Positions 34,955-46,824 of a stretch of DNA of 64,000 bases are shown here, in pieces. The stretch comes from Rhizodiscina lignyota (taxonomy: Eukaryota). The notes under the pieces were generated by a model. That model had not been told where the DNA came from. It saw nothing but the letters and a program-made list of their open reading frames with translations, and searched no databases. The stretch covers positions 558,001-622,000 of the forward strand of contig ML978127.1 in NCBI GenBank assembly GCA_010015805.1, in the 5' to 3' direction. How positions within the stretch are numbered: position 1 is the first letter of the stretch; the number at the start of each line of letters is the position of its first letter. The position numbers and the translations under genes were made by a program.

Positions 34955-37900
34955 TCACGAAACATGATAAGATCTCCCAGCCGTGAACTTCTTCTCGACT
35001 GCAGCGCCCTTACCCAGCAGGCTGGTACCTTCACCGTACACCGACGGCTGCAGCATGGTAAACGTGCTCGCGTCGCATGACACCTCTTCAAAATCGCTCA
35101 CCACATCGAAGCCGATCGACTTCAGAACATCGACGTTGCCGTCACCGTCCATCTGCCGAAGCATAAGTCAGCAAGATCTGAAACTCTGATTCGGGAAGGA
35201 CTGCCTACGTAGTCCAAGTACACCGCGTTAGCGCCCTGCTTCTTGATCTGCTTCATTCCAAGCAGTATCAAACCCTGTAGTAGCGTAGAGTAGTCTGCAA
35301 CACTAGGAGAAATAACTGGCGAGGATATCCCGCCCGTCATTTCGTCCAAGTCTCTCATTGCAGGCACAAACTCGGCAAGCCGACTCTGCTGGTTGTACAA
35401 TACCACCGTCCCGACAATTGCTTTGTCGTCCGGTCTCTTGGCTCGTATTATTCCACATGCGGACGGATCGGAAAGTGCGAGTTTGTAAACTTCAAGGAGA
35501 CCCTGGCGATTGCTCGTCTTGACGTGGTCCAAAATCGGCCCAGCATAATCCCAGCCGTACACGAGATCAAACTCTGCAGCACCGCCCGCGCTTTGAAGCG
35601 ACTTTGCCATGCCTTCAGGAGTCGACCAGGAAGACAAGTTGCGGGCAACCATGCTATAGATAGTCCGGGATAGGGCGGTGTTCCAACCCAAATTAGCGAA
35701 CCATGCACGGAGCCGCCGTTTTTCGACCGTATGGGGCATCGGGATGCCGAGATAAATGTTCGGAAGACGGGTTCCAAGCGAGAATCGCTTTGCTTCTTCT
35801 CTCTGCAGCAGCGTTCGGATTGCGCGGTTGTGCAGCGAGTGTCCTATGGACAGTTTCCTCCTCGACGGGTCCACGAACAATGCACCAATTGTGCCGGTAC
35901 CAGTGGTCTTGAAGAAGTAGGTCGAACAGAAGCCATACAAGGCGTGCGTACTGCTGTTCCTCACGACAAAATGCGCCTCGATGACTTCCTGATTGTGCAG
36001 CAGGAATGTGTTAGAAGAAGCGCCTGACAATTCCGATCTCTGCGAAGGAGGCATGTCGTCAACAATCAATTTGATCAGGTTGTCCAGGGCATTTGCGTCT
36101 CGCTCCTCGTTGAAGGCTTCGACAAGCCAGTGCTGCCGTGTCTGATGCAACTTCTGGCTTTCGCTTATGGTACCCGGTAGAACACCAGTCGGTGTCAATT
36201 CTCCGTAGAGAACCTTGACCAGCGAGTACAGTGCCGTTTCCGTAAAGTCGTACGTGCAGATGTAAGTCCCTATCGAGGAGTCGAAAGCAAAGTCGTAAGG
36301 TGAACTAACAGACACGACAATGAGTGGTTTCTCCTTCTTCTCACCACCAGCAGTAAACTGCATGTTGCAGATCATGGCCACGTGCTTGGTGAAACCTTGT
36401 TGATAGATGTTGCGATTCGCATCCGCGGTGACGATAATCACTGCACTTGCTCTGTTGATGAGGGTCTCGTGCATTGGCCGCACGCCATTCGCCGTGTAGG
36501 AAGTGTGAAGGACACGTCCATTCCGCTGCCTTGCTAACGAGCGACCAAGTTCCCTGAATACGCGTTCCCCACTCATAACAGAAGAGGTCCGCTCCCAGGC
36601 CGGCTCGGGCGAGTGAGCGTTGGCAGATTCCGATATAGCTCGTGATGCAGCTGAGGCAGCGAGAGGCTTGACTAGAGGTGTTAAAAGGCAGATCTCTTCC
36701 TCCGGCTCCACTAAATTAGAGAGTGGAATTAAATGAGTCTTATCGCGAACTAAGGTGATTGAGCTGTTGTAGGCCTTCGTGGATAGAGCTGTGTGAGACG
36801 GCTGTAGTTGAGATAAGAGGCTAATTCCAGGAGGATTGAGCGCTTGCTCCCAGGACGTGTATCCGGCTTTCATTTTAAGTACTCTTCGGAGGGAGTTGCG
36901 TACTCTGGCCATCGATATCGTGCCGTTTTCCAAGCCAACTTTAAGTCCTTTGATGGCTTCCTGCTGCGCGGAGAAGGCGCGACAGAGCAAGACAATATCA
37001 CAACCCGCGTTAACGGCCATGACTGTACCACCTCCGACGCCGATATTGTGGCTCAGTGCCTCCATTTCCAGACATTCAGAAACAACGACACCATCAAAGT
37101 TGAGATCATGGCGTAAAAGGCCATCAACCACTTGCTCCGAGAGGCAGGCGTGCATTACGTTGAGTCCAACTGAAGACATCGCGACACCGCCGACCATAAT
37201 GGAGTCCAGTCCTTGGTTAATGGCATTGCGGAAGGGCACTAAAGCTGAGAGGCTGAGCTGTTCTAATGATTCTGTAATAATTGGAACGTCGAGTGCGGAG
37301 CCGAGGAACTCTAGATTGCCATATGATGGGAAATGCTTTCCAAGTGTGGCAACACCAGCTTCCTTATAACCTTTCATAAATGCAATTCCGTATGCAGAGA
37401 CCTGGTGCGGATCGTCGCCGGCCGTCCGGACACCCATTTGCTGATTCCTGGCATTGGCAAGGACGTCGAGACAAGGTCCCATGATGAGATTTAGACCACA
37501 TGCTGCAATTTCTTGCGCCGTAGCCTTTGCTACCTCAAACGCCAGGTCGGTAGAGCCAGTGGCAGCGATACCCATGGCGCTTGGGTATTGCCGTATGTAA
37601 ATTTCGTCGAACAGGCTGTTGACGCCGCCATTTTCTTGATCTGTCCCAATAAGCAAAGGAACTGGATGTCCGGCATCATAAGCGATCTTCTGAAGCTCAT
37701 AGCAAAGCTTTGTAGTTTCTTCAGCAGCTGTTACAAGTTAATATCAGCATCACATTCAGGTCAGCACGTGGACGGCTCTACATTTGAGGTTCTTGGCGAC
37801 GAGAAGTATCGAGCCGATGTGATGGTTCTCGATCAAGGTTTTAATCTGCGGCGTGACAGTTGGGCCATCGAAGCCCATCATAAATAGCTGGCCCTGAGGT

Positions 37901-38107
37901 AGTATTTCGCGTTAGTCTCGTAGCAAATATCGCTTGGATCCACAGCAAGAGACCACTCGGAGTGCATACCAACGTCCTGCAGCATTACCCACAACAGTCA
38001 GCTTAGCGTCGCAAAAGCAAGGACGCGAGAATCAGGAAAACGCCAGCTTCGACTTGCCTATCCAGATCCTTCCACACGGGGTCCTGCGGATCAGTTTTTT
38101 CCTCCAT
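34955..38107 (-). CDS. NGS1: GH3 beta-N-acetylglucosaminidase-like domain fused to GNAT acetyltransferase domains (GlcNAc sensor NGS1/NAG3), 5 exons
   Basis: GQLFMMGFDG, DQENGGV, KHFPSYG and SECLEMEAL in the GH3 part; acetyl-CoA-binding motif ALFVDPSRRKLSIGHSL in the GNAT part. Gene model includes a 7-nt microexon at 37970-37976. Confidence 0.88.
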
Positions 38108-38275
38108 GTCGGCGAGTGGCCAGCAGGCCGAGCGCGGCGCCTGCGGACGTTCGTCTAAAGCGTGCAGCTGGCGAGGATCGGGAAATGGGTCGACGGAAAG
38201 AGAAGTCAGGACGGGCCAAGCATGCGACGTCAAAAGCGAGAGGTTACATACTCCAGCTCCTCCATGTGGAGCACT

Positions 38276-38317
38276 GAAGTAGTATCTCGGCAGCAGCCGA
38301 GAGATACGAGGTACTTC
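38276..38317. promoter_or_regulatory. Imperfect inverted repeat containing TCGG-N6-CCGA in the NGS1/DAC1 divergent promoter
   Basis: GAAGTAGTATCTCGGC-AGCA-GCCGAGAGATACGAGGTACTTC. Confidence 0.4.
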
Positions 38318-38653
38318 GGTACATCGCTCCTCACTTATGTCAGCGTTGGCGTTGCTTTTGGGATAGGGTTGCAGCGTCGAGCATAGCGTGCGCTTCCCGC
38401 CGCTCATTCCCGACCTACGTATCACTGGCGGCCATGTGCCGGAGCGAGTGGCAGGAAAAAGCTTCCTGCTGCTTTGCAGCTCTGATGTAATGCCAAATAA
38501 GCTCTCTGCATACGCCTCTCGCCTAGATATAGGGAAGCATGCCCCAAGGTAAGGCAGAAGATATGGGTGCAGGCGCTCATCGACCTTTCGTCGACCTTTC
38601 ATCATCTTGCATTCCCTAACTTTCCTTCAACATCACCCTCCTTCTCTAGCACA

Positions 38654-40030
38654 ATGCCTTCTGCAATTAGAGATCTCTACTCTACTCCAAATCATAGCCC
38701 TCCGAGAAGCGGCATCACCAAATTTACCAACTGCCGAGTGCTCCGAGGAAATGAACTCGTGCAAGACGATCTTTGGATAAGCTCGCGGACGGGGAAAGTT
38801 CTAGATGGCCAGAAGATCTTTTTCGAGTACGGAACGAGTGCAGACAGAGTAATCGATCTCGGTGGCCGAATCATCTCTCCTGGTCTCATCGATGTCCAAC
38901 TCAATGGCGGCTTCGGCTTCGACTTCTCGGTCGTACCTGACGACATCTCCGCATACGCAAAAGGCCTTCAGCGGCTGAACAAGAGTCTTATCGAAACAGG
39001 CGTGACTTCGTACCTTCCGACGCTTACGAGTCAACGAAGCGAGGTCTATCACAAGGTCCTTCCTTTCCTTCGACCATCCTCTCACGACAGAGACGCGCTG
39101 TCTGGCGCAGAGTCTCTCGGGGCACACTGCGAAGGTCCTTTCCTCAGCCCAACGAAGAATGGCATTCACAAGGAGTCCGTCCTTCGCGTCCCTTCAAATG
39201 GATTCCTGGACCTCGAGGATTGCTACGGCGCTGACAACCTTAAATCATCCTCTACTCCCATCAAACTCGTCACTCTCGCCCCGGAACAAGCTGGTGCCCT
39301 CGATGCGATCAAGGAACTCAGACGACGTGGGATAATCGTCTCAATTGGACACTCAGAAGCTACTTTTGAGGAAGCAACCAAAGCGATCGATGCCGGAGCT
39401 GACATGATTACGCACCTCTTCAACGCCATGAGGCCTCTGCATCACCGCAACCCAGGCATCTTCGGTGTGCTTGGGACTAGTTCACCTAGTGCTTCTCCAA
39501 CCATTGGCGCGAGAGACTCTGCTCGTAGCCGAAGCAAGAAACCGTTCTTTGGTATTATCGCCGACGGCATCCACCTTCATACTACCGCCGTAACGATTGC
39601 CTGGGCCGCTCATCCATCCGGCTGCATCCTCGTCACAGATGCAACGAGCCCCGCCGGCTTGCCTGATGGTGTTTACGACTGGACGAACGGCGAGCGTATC
39701 CGTAAGACGGGACCTCTGCTTACGCTGGAGGGCACTGATGGCAAGATCGCGGGTAGCAGCATCACTTTGATCGGATGCGTAAACAATTTCCTCAACTGGA
39801 CTGGTACCAGTGTGCCTCACGCACTGGGAACGGTGACGAGCACGCCGGCGAAGATGCTGGGCTTAGAACAGGCCAAAGGCAATCTGATACCTGGGGCTGA
39901 TGCGGACTTGGTCGTGCTGGATGAGGTGGTGGACGAGGAGGGGAAGAAGACTCTGAAGGTGGAGCAGGTTTGGAAATTCGGGATGTTGGTCCACGATACC
40001 AATGTTGATGGAGGTGCCGAGGAGGAATGA
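38654..40030 (+). CDS. DAC1: N-acetylglucosamine-6-phosphate deacetylase, intronless
   Basis: PGLIDVQLNG, GVTSYLPT, HCEGPF, TLAPE, SIGHS, THLFNAM, IADGIH, VTDA, IAGS and GADADLVV. Confidence 0.95.
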   Translation: MPSAIRDLYSTPNHSPPRSGITKFTNCRVLRGNELVQDDLWISSRTGKVLDGQKIFFEYGTSADRVIDLGGRIISPGLIDVQLNGGFGFDFSVVPDDISAYAKGLQRLNKSLIETGVTSYLPTLTSQRSEVYHKVLPFLRPSSHDRDALSGAESLGAHCEGPFLSPTKNGIHKESVLRVPSNGFLDLEDCYGADNLKSSSTPIKLVTLAPEQAGALDAIKELRRRGIIVSIGHSEATFEEATKAIDAGADMITHLFNAMRPLHHRNPGIFGVLGTSSPSASPTIGARDSARSRSKKPFFGIIADGIHLHTTAVTIAWAAHPSGCILVTDATSPAGLPDGVYDWTNGERIRKTGPLLTLEGTDGKIAGSSITLIGCVNNFLNWTGTSVPHALGTVTSTPAKMLGLEQAKGNLIPGADADLVVLDEVVDEEGKKTLKVEQVWKFGMLVHDTNVDGGAEEE

Positions 40031-40729
40031 GCTTGCTTCGGAATGCAATAACGACATTCATGACGGTTTAGAAAGGAGTGCTATGGCGTTTGGCAGACAT
40101 AAATTGCCACAGCAATGGAAGTTGGTTAGAAGGAATGGTGCATTTTAACATGAAGCATGACGATTACTCTAAAAGATGATTTACTTCTAATATTGTACTT
40201 TATTAAACGGCCTTGCACGTTTAGAGTGCGCCCTGTACATTAAGGATTGCCATAGAATTTAGATGTCGTGCAATATTGCTAGTTTCACAAGTGTTGATTA
40301 CTATACGCGTCAACTCCATCGGCAAGAGAAAAGTGATATCGGATTAAAAGATTTCCGGTCAATACATCAAGTATGAAATGGTGAGATGTTAAAATATTCC
40401 AGAATAGCATAACACAAATACGATAAGATGCGTTTAGGAGTGAAACATGAGCTACTGCTTGGATCAGTACCTGTACTTGATTCCTAGATTAGAGAGAACA
40501 TAGATAGAGCTAACGGAGTTGATATTCTACTTTACGCAGACTTATAGGATAGCGGAAGAAAGGGATTGGTGATAAAACTGTAGTCTAAGTTTGTCGTATG
40601 AGCACGATCCTTCCTAAGTTGAATCGGTCCATACTTCCGAAGTTTATCCGGGCAAGACCTCGCATCTCGTTCCGCGTTACATTCGACGTGCCGGACTGCA
40701 ATTGGCACCAATTAAGCCCCTCCTTCAAC

Positions 40730-41580
40730 ATGTCAGACGAAGCAGTATCATCGAGGGGCGTTGGTGTACCTGAGAGCCGACGGCCTTATGTCCCAGGCCA
40801 GAAGCTCACCACCGAATATCCAGTACGGCCCATCATTCCCCTCAAGCGATCATTCAAGCTAACAAGCGCCCACAGCTCATCGACAGTGACCCGTAAAACC
40901 CTCTTCTCCGCTCCTTTGGCCTATACTCATACAATTCCAGGCACATCAAGCGAGTGATCCGATATGCTCGCCCGGTGGACTACGCGGAGTGGGGAGCGAT
41001 CACAGCAGCGGTCCCGGCCGGGTTCTACCTGCTGGAGAAGTTCTCTCCCTCGTTCGTTGGCCGGGGAGCATACCCACCGATGTTCAGATTAGCGACCATG
41101 CTAGGCTTCACTGGTGGATTCCTCGCTCTGACTACAAACTCTACGTGTATGCCCCTCAGTCTCATCTTTGCCAACCGGCAGACTCCTTTCTCGTATCAAC
41201 CAGCGCAGTAAGATGCTAATGGACGACTAAATCGTAGTGCGCTTCCTCGGCGTTAGGGAAAACCAGCGAGAGAGAGATATGGATATGCGCGAGATGGTCG
41301 ACAAGGTGAAGAAAGGGGAGCCACTGTACGGCGTATCGAGGCTGTCGGACCACCACCAGGGAGTAGCGATGCGGAACTCAAGATACTCAACCTTCTTCAT
41401 CCACGTTATGCCCATGTTCAATTTTGTCAACCACAACCAGGTGAGCTTTATACAGAGGGTGAACATCGAATTAGGACTGACATCGGATAGCACGGTGTTG
41501 ACACGGCAAAATATTACCAACAGGCCGAGCGGGAGTTAGAGGCTGAGAAAACGACGACAGATGGGTTTCTAAAAGCATAG
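40730..41580 (+). CDS. NUXM: Mitochondrial complex I 20.9/21-kDa accessory subunit (NUXM family), 5 exons
   Basis: TEYP / LIDSDP (17-nt exon 40876-40892) / HIKRVIRYARPVDY ... RFLGVRENQRERDMDMREMVDKVKKGEPLYG ... FNFVNHNQ / HGVDTAKYYQQAERELE. Confidence 0.9.
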
Positions 41581-41889
41581 GAACTTGACCAAAGCCATAA
41601 GAGCATTGGATCGTTCGCCCGCATCACCCAGCGCTTCGTGGCAACATCGGCGTTCATGGGATTCGAGAGTTCTTTGGCAAACAATTAGAACTTTTCGTTT
41701 TGACTATCTGTAAATACGAAAATGGAAGCATTAAAGTCAAGCGATTTTCGAGAATATCTATCGTCAACAGTGGAGCTCAGCTCCACAAATGTCGGGTATA
41801 TCCATTATCAAAGCCGAGAAGTCATGATAGCGGCCAGTATCTCCAGATCGTCATCTGCATAATCTCTCATCCACTTTGTGAGTTGTTCT

Positions 41890-44872
41890 TTATATCTCCA
41901 ATGGCGTCATTGGCTTGCCCATGCCGTCTTTCTGCATGGCTTTCTTGTCCGTCCATTCGCTGACCTTAGTACATATCCATGTTGACGCATACATATTAAC
42001 CCTAAATCCCGTCAGTATATAGCGCCATATTTCGAAGTCGGGAGGAGACACACCGATCAATGCAAGTGCCAGGCAACCTTGCAGCGACTCTCTTAGCTTG
42101 GAAGCCGTGCTCTTCAAAGACCCTAATGTACCACGGGGCCAGGCCCGCGCTTCGAAGCAGCACTCTGCCCTTCATCTTTAGCGAATGATTGAGCGCTGCG
42201 ACCTGCTCTGCTGCAGCTGTGCCCGCCGGGTCGAACCAGTCCATCGAGTCCATGACGACCGCAATGGTGAGCGTCCCCGGTGACATCCTTGTGATGACTT
42301 CATGCAATTCGTCCGTGTGGATGCGCAAGCCATCGAACGCGTTCGGATGAGAGAGCTTGATGTGCGCCTTAGGAGTGAGATATTCTGGATGGCATTTCCG
42401 TGAGTAGTGGCCCTGCAAGCAGAGCAAGTAGTAGGAATTGTCCTCGCTCAGCAGACTCGTGTTGATCACCGGATCGAGGGTATTGACCGCATACTCCCAG
42501 ATTGCGTGGCCAGATTCTGAGGCCTTGGTACTGCTGCCGTTGTCATCAACTGCGTCATCTTGGTTCGCAAAGTCCTGCACAATGAGGGCACGCTGGTTCG
42601 TTGGCACGCCCAACGCTTTCCATAGCCACTTCTCCTTACCGACAATCAAACGGCTGAGTGTACGGTTCAGCAGCACCTTCCTGAGTGAACGATTCCAAAT
42701 CTCGCGCTGCTCGTTGAGAGTCTGAGCTTCGCACAGAGCCTTGACCTCATTACGCATACCAAAGGCTCGGAAGAGCCATTTAGCCAGCTGGAGAGCGTGA
42801 CGACTCCCGCCAGTATAGTAGAGGCCACGCTTGAACGCCTTGGGGCCTTCGTGTAGCCAGTATTGGAAAGCAAGACTGGACATGTGTGGTGAAAGCTTGT
42901 GAACAAGCAGTTCGCGAAAGTCTTCGTGCTTGCCCTCGCCAAAGAGCTTCCATACATCAGAGTAACTGAGAGTTGAGAAGGCCGCAATCTTGAGTTCGAG
43001 GAGATGATTCTGAGCGGGGCTGTTCACATGTTAGCTAGGAATTTGATGGTTAAAGAGAATTCGCCGTACTTGAGATCGACTGCATGGATGCGTCGTGGTT
43101 TTGCCGCCGCGAATGAGAGGATATTGTCTCCAGCCGAGGTGATTGCCAAAACTACATCGTCGGCTTGCACATTAAGGAGTCTCGCATCGACACGGCTGTC
43201 TTCCCATGTAAATGCGTAGATATACTCGTCTTTGAATTGCTTATGTTTCTCGAGGCTGTCGTCGTAGTAGATTCTCCAGTGGTGGTTTTGGTACCAGCTT
43301 GCCGGCAGTGGCAACTGATGGGTGAGGTTTACAATGGCCGATTCGTATGCTTTCGACCGACATTCGTGGTGGTGTACCGCGGCTGATATAGGCGATCCTG
43401 GAAATTCGGAGTAAGTGTTAGCAGGACTTGGACGATGGAATTGATGTGGCTCCCGCTCTTCTGAACCCCATATCCAACACTTTGAAGTTGCACTTCCAAA
43501 TGATAATGTGCGTCACGAGACAACTTACCACTTCCAGTCTGAAGATCGAGCGCGGACAAGAACGGCGATTCTGTTGCTGCTGCGTCAATCTCTGCCAGGC
43601 GCTTTTCTGTCGAGCCTCTCTCTTTCGAGCATCCCACCCAGATATAATACGGGATCCGAACGCCGAACGAATGGTTTCGCTCATTCACGGTCAAAATCGT
43701 GCCGAAACGATATTCGAGATAGTCCTGAAACTGTTAGTCTAATGCAAAAGGGAGAGAGAATTAGTATATTGCCGTACCCTTCTCGCTGCTTCGAGGTTGA
43801 CACGATCAATCTCGAACCATCTGGAATGCAAAAAGCAGGTTAGCGCAGGTCCACGCAAAATATTGGCGTTCGGATCTCCTGTAAAACCGAAGATAATTCG
43901 ACACAGCTCCGAAGCAATTGAAGAAACTCGCGAATCATCGGGTTAGACGAAATAGGCAGATAGAGGTGACTTACGTCCTCCAGAACGTCCGGCTCAGCCA
44001 CGTGCAATGACGATCAAGAACGCCACCCGTGTAGTTACGGCTTTGAAAGTCGACCTCGCTCTGGACATAGAAGTCCACCACACCGATAATGCCATTGATG
44101 GATAGAAGGCTCGTCAAGGAATCGATGACCGGGTAAAACTCCGGGATCATAGAGAGGGCGTAGCTCATCGTTATCAAATCCGCTCCTTCGTGCTCTCCAG
44201 TGGAAGAGCCATCGCCGTACATTCGCTTTTCGGCCGCCTTTGGAGTTTCGGCCTCCTCGTAGTTGCTGAGGTTGAAGGCACGTGCGTCCTGGCAGATGAC
44301 TTTGACGTTGCTCCAACCGAGAGCCTCGAACCGCTTTTCTGCGACCTCGCACAATGATGTCGACAGGTCCACCAGGTAGACTGTCTTGAAGAAGTTTGGC
44401 ACCTCAACGTATTCGCCCATCTTCTCGATGTTGTAGCCAGTGCCACCGCCGATCTGTCTGGAATTAGCTTGCGGTGCCTAAAAGCATCTTAGAGGTCTAT
44501 TCTCACATCTACCCAGATCGGCTTTCGCCCATTCAGCGCCTTGTTCTTCAATTGAGATGCCACCAAGCCTAGCAAGTCCTCTCTGCCATGCAAGAGCATC
44601 CCACGTGTCTTGTCATAAACGCTCGCCTGCGCTTTGTAGAAGTTCTCTAAGGCATCCTGCTGATTTTTCGAACCCTTCGCATGCGGTTTCATGAAGCATG
44701 CCCAGCAGAAGCGGGCATATGCGTCTACGGTATCATACAATTTCGTGAAGGGCGGAAAGTCAAGGAACGCAAGGCCAAAGACTGTGAGTACGAAGAGACT
44801 GAGGCCCGCAACGGCGACACCAACGTGGAACGAAGGGTTCTCAGCAACTCTGAGGAGCAGGAAGTCGGCCAT
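41890..44872 (-). CDS. BTA1: Betaine lipid (DGTS) synthase, BtaB methyltransferase plus BtaA domain fusion, multi-exon
   Basis: QQDALENFYKAQASVYD, WVD/IGGGTGYNIE, VDLSTSLCEVA, MSYALSMIP, YIYAFTWED, AITSAGDN, VDLNPAQNHLLELK, VMDSMDWFDP and IDRVNMYASTW. Confidence 0.92.
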
Positions 44873-46076
44873 CCTCGCTGCAATCGAGACTATTCACGGC
44901 CAAGGCAAGTGTGAGTCGTTTTCGTGCCCACTGCAGACGCAATTGCGTCTACTGCGGGATGTAAAAAGAGAGAGATGCCCCAACAAAGCCAATGGAGGGG
45001 AATGGCTAATATCTTATAGACGCGTGCCACGGACGTACAGCACGCACGTTCCGATGCAGGGCCGAGATTAGCTCCTAGGCACGATCTATATATGCGAAAT
45101 CCTAGCTGCAGTGACGGGATACTTCTGGGGTTTTTAGAAAGGATTACATTGAGCTGCGGGTCCCGCAATTGCCCGAGTAACTTGCTTTCATTCTTGAGTA
45201 TCGCAGCGACGCAAATGGCGGAAGAATGGAGAGGGAGGGCACAAATGTCTGATATTCAACGATCATCGGCCTATCAATCGGGACACATGTGCGCTGTTCC
45301 GTTGGATGTGAGCATCGTGATTTTCTGCCGTACTAAGCGCTCCCGCACTTTGCATGTTCGCCATCCAAAATTGGTGGAGCAGGGTCCGAGAGTGCAGCAT
45401 GCTAATGGGCCAGGCGACCTCTCTCCATTGCTCCAACGACGATGGACCGGCTAAACGAGGAACTGGAGGCTCGATGAGGAACCTGTCAAAGCTCCAAGAG
45501 GCGGCATGTGGTGTCAGCATCCTGGCCCGATTGTTGAGCTGTTGTTGTCGACAAAACGACAAAAGTGCGATGCACTCGACCAATCATCGCACGCTAATGG
45601 CCGGCGTGGCATAGCGCCGACTGTTCTACGCATGTTGCCGGTGTGTGAATGGCGAAGGAGTTGATACAGTAAAATCAATTGCAAATCGGTTGTTCATTGA
45701 AATGAGTTATCATTATTTCCCCGGAGCGGTAGCCGGCAAAGTCATCTGACTTCCATGTTGGCCGGATCAAGTCTCCCTGGAGAGCTGCTCCACTGTCAAG
45801 GTCCAAAATTCATGCAAAAATTGAAGGGACTTTTGACGGTCCCTGCATCTGCTGCCGATCCTGAGAGCCAAACCACACGATTGTACACGCTACAACGCTT
45901 GCTCCAGAACCCTCCGAGACTTCATGTAATGACCCCCGAGTCGACGAAAAGCGCAATATAATACAGGCGAACGTGGCCGCAAAGTCTACGTTAGAATTGA
46001 AATGTGCCAATGAAGATCGAATCGTGGAGAACCCCTGAACAAGGAAATATGGCATGCGCCCAAGGCTGCAGCACAG

Positions 46077-46824
46077 CTATTTCCCGCTGCTCCCCGGGTA
46101 TCGCATCTTGCCAACTGTGAACGGTACGTAGCGATATTTTATCATGTGTTGGATCTGTCGGCGCACTGCAGAAGATTACAGTTAGGTAGCTCGTCCTTCA
46201 AGGTAGACTTAGTTACTGCTGGCCACTTACTCGTCAAGACGAAGAGGATCAACCAGTATACGACAAGAACTGGCCAGAAGACTGGCAAGTCGAACATCTG
46301 AAACCAACTGCACACGAATGCAATGGTGATGGCCTTGGTGGTCGAATACCAGAACTTGAATTCCGGCAGCCTCCTCACGAAAGGCTTGAACTCTTGATCT
46401 TCCTTGGTAGGCAGTCCACCAGCTGTCCCGTCTTCCATGCCCTCATCTTGCTCCAACGAAGGATCGAATTTCGGCGATATGAAGGCGAGGAAGAGATTGA
46501 GGAGGTAGATGCCGAGAGAGTACGCGACTGTTCAAACCCTCGTTAGCCTCGAGAAAGTGGTGTCGCGTTAGCCTCCGGACTCACCAATGTACCATCCTTG
46601 CGCATAAATGATCCTGATGATAAACAGGAAGAAGACCACGCCCGTGCTAATCCAGCGATATGTCACGAAAGGGGTGCTTCTGTCGAGTTGGCTTTGGAAC
46701 ATCTAGCGAGCCCGATCAGTGACCAGTTCGATAGCGAAGTATGGCGAAAGAAGCTCACTCTTCCATATTTTGTCGTCTGCGCGCTCACGGCAGCGAAAGG
46801 CGTGTCTGGTTCTGGCGCGTCCAT
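46077..46824 (-). CDS. RER1: Golgi-to-ER retrieval receptor Rer1, 4 exons
   Basis: [60 protein letters not shown] and [16 protein letters not shown]. Confidence 0.95.

Noticed and set aside
43821..43974. Longer BTA1 intron as a possible snoRNA host or stwintron
   Set aside because: No clean box C/D pair with a terminal stem, and no nested splice sites that reconstruct a donor.
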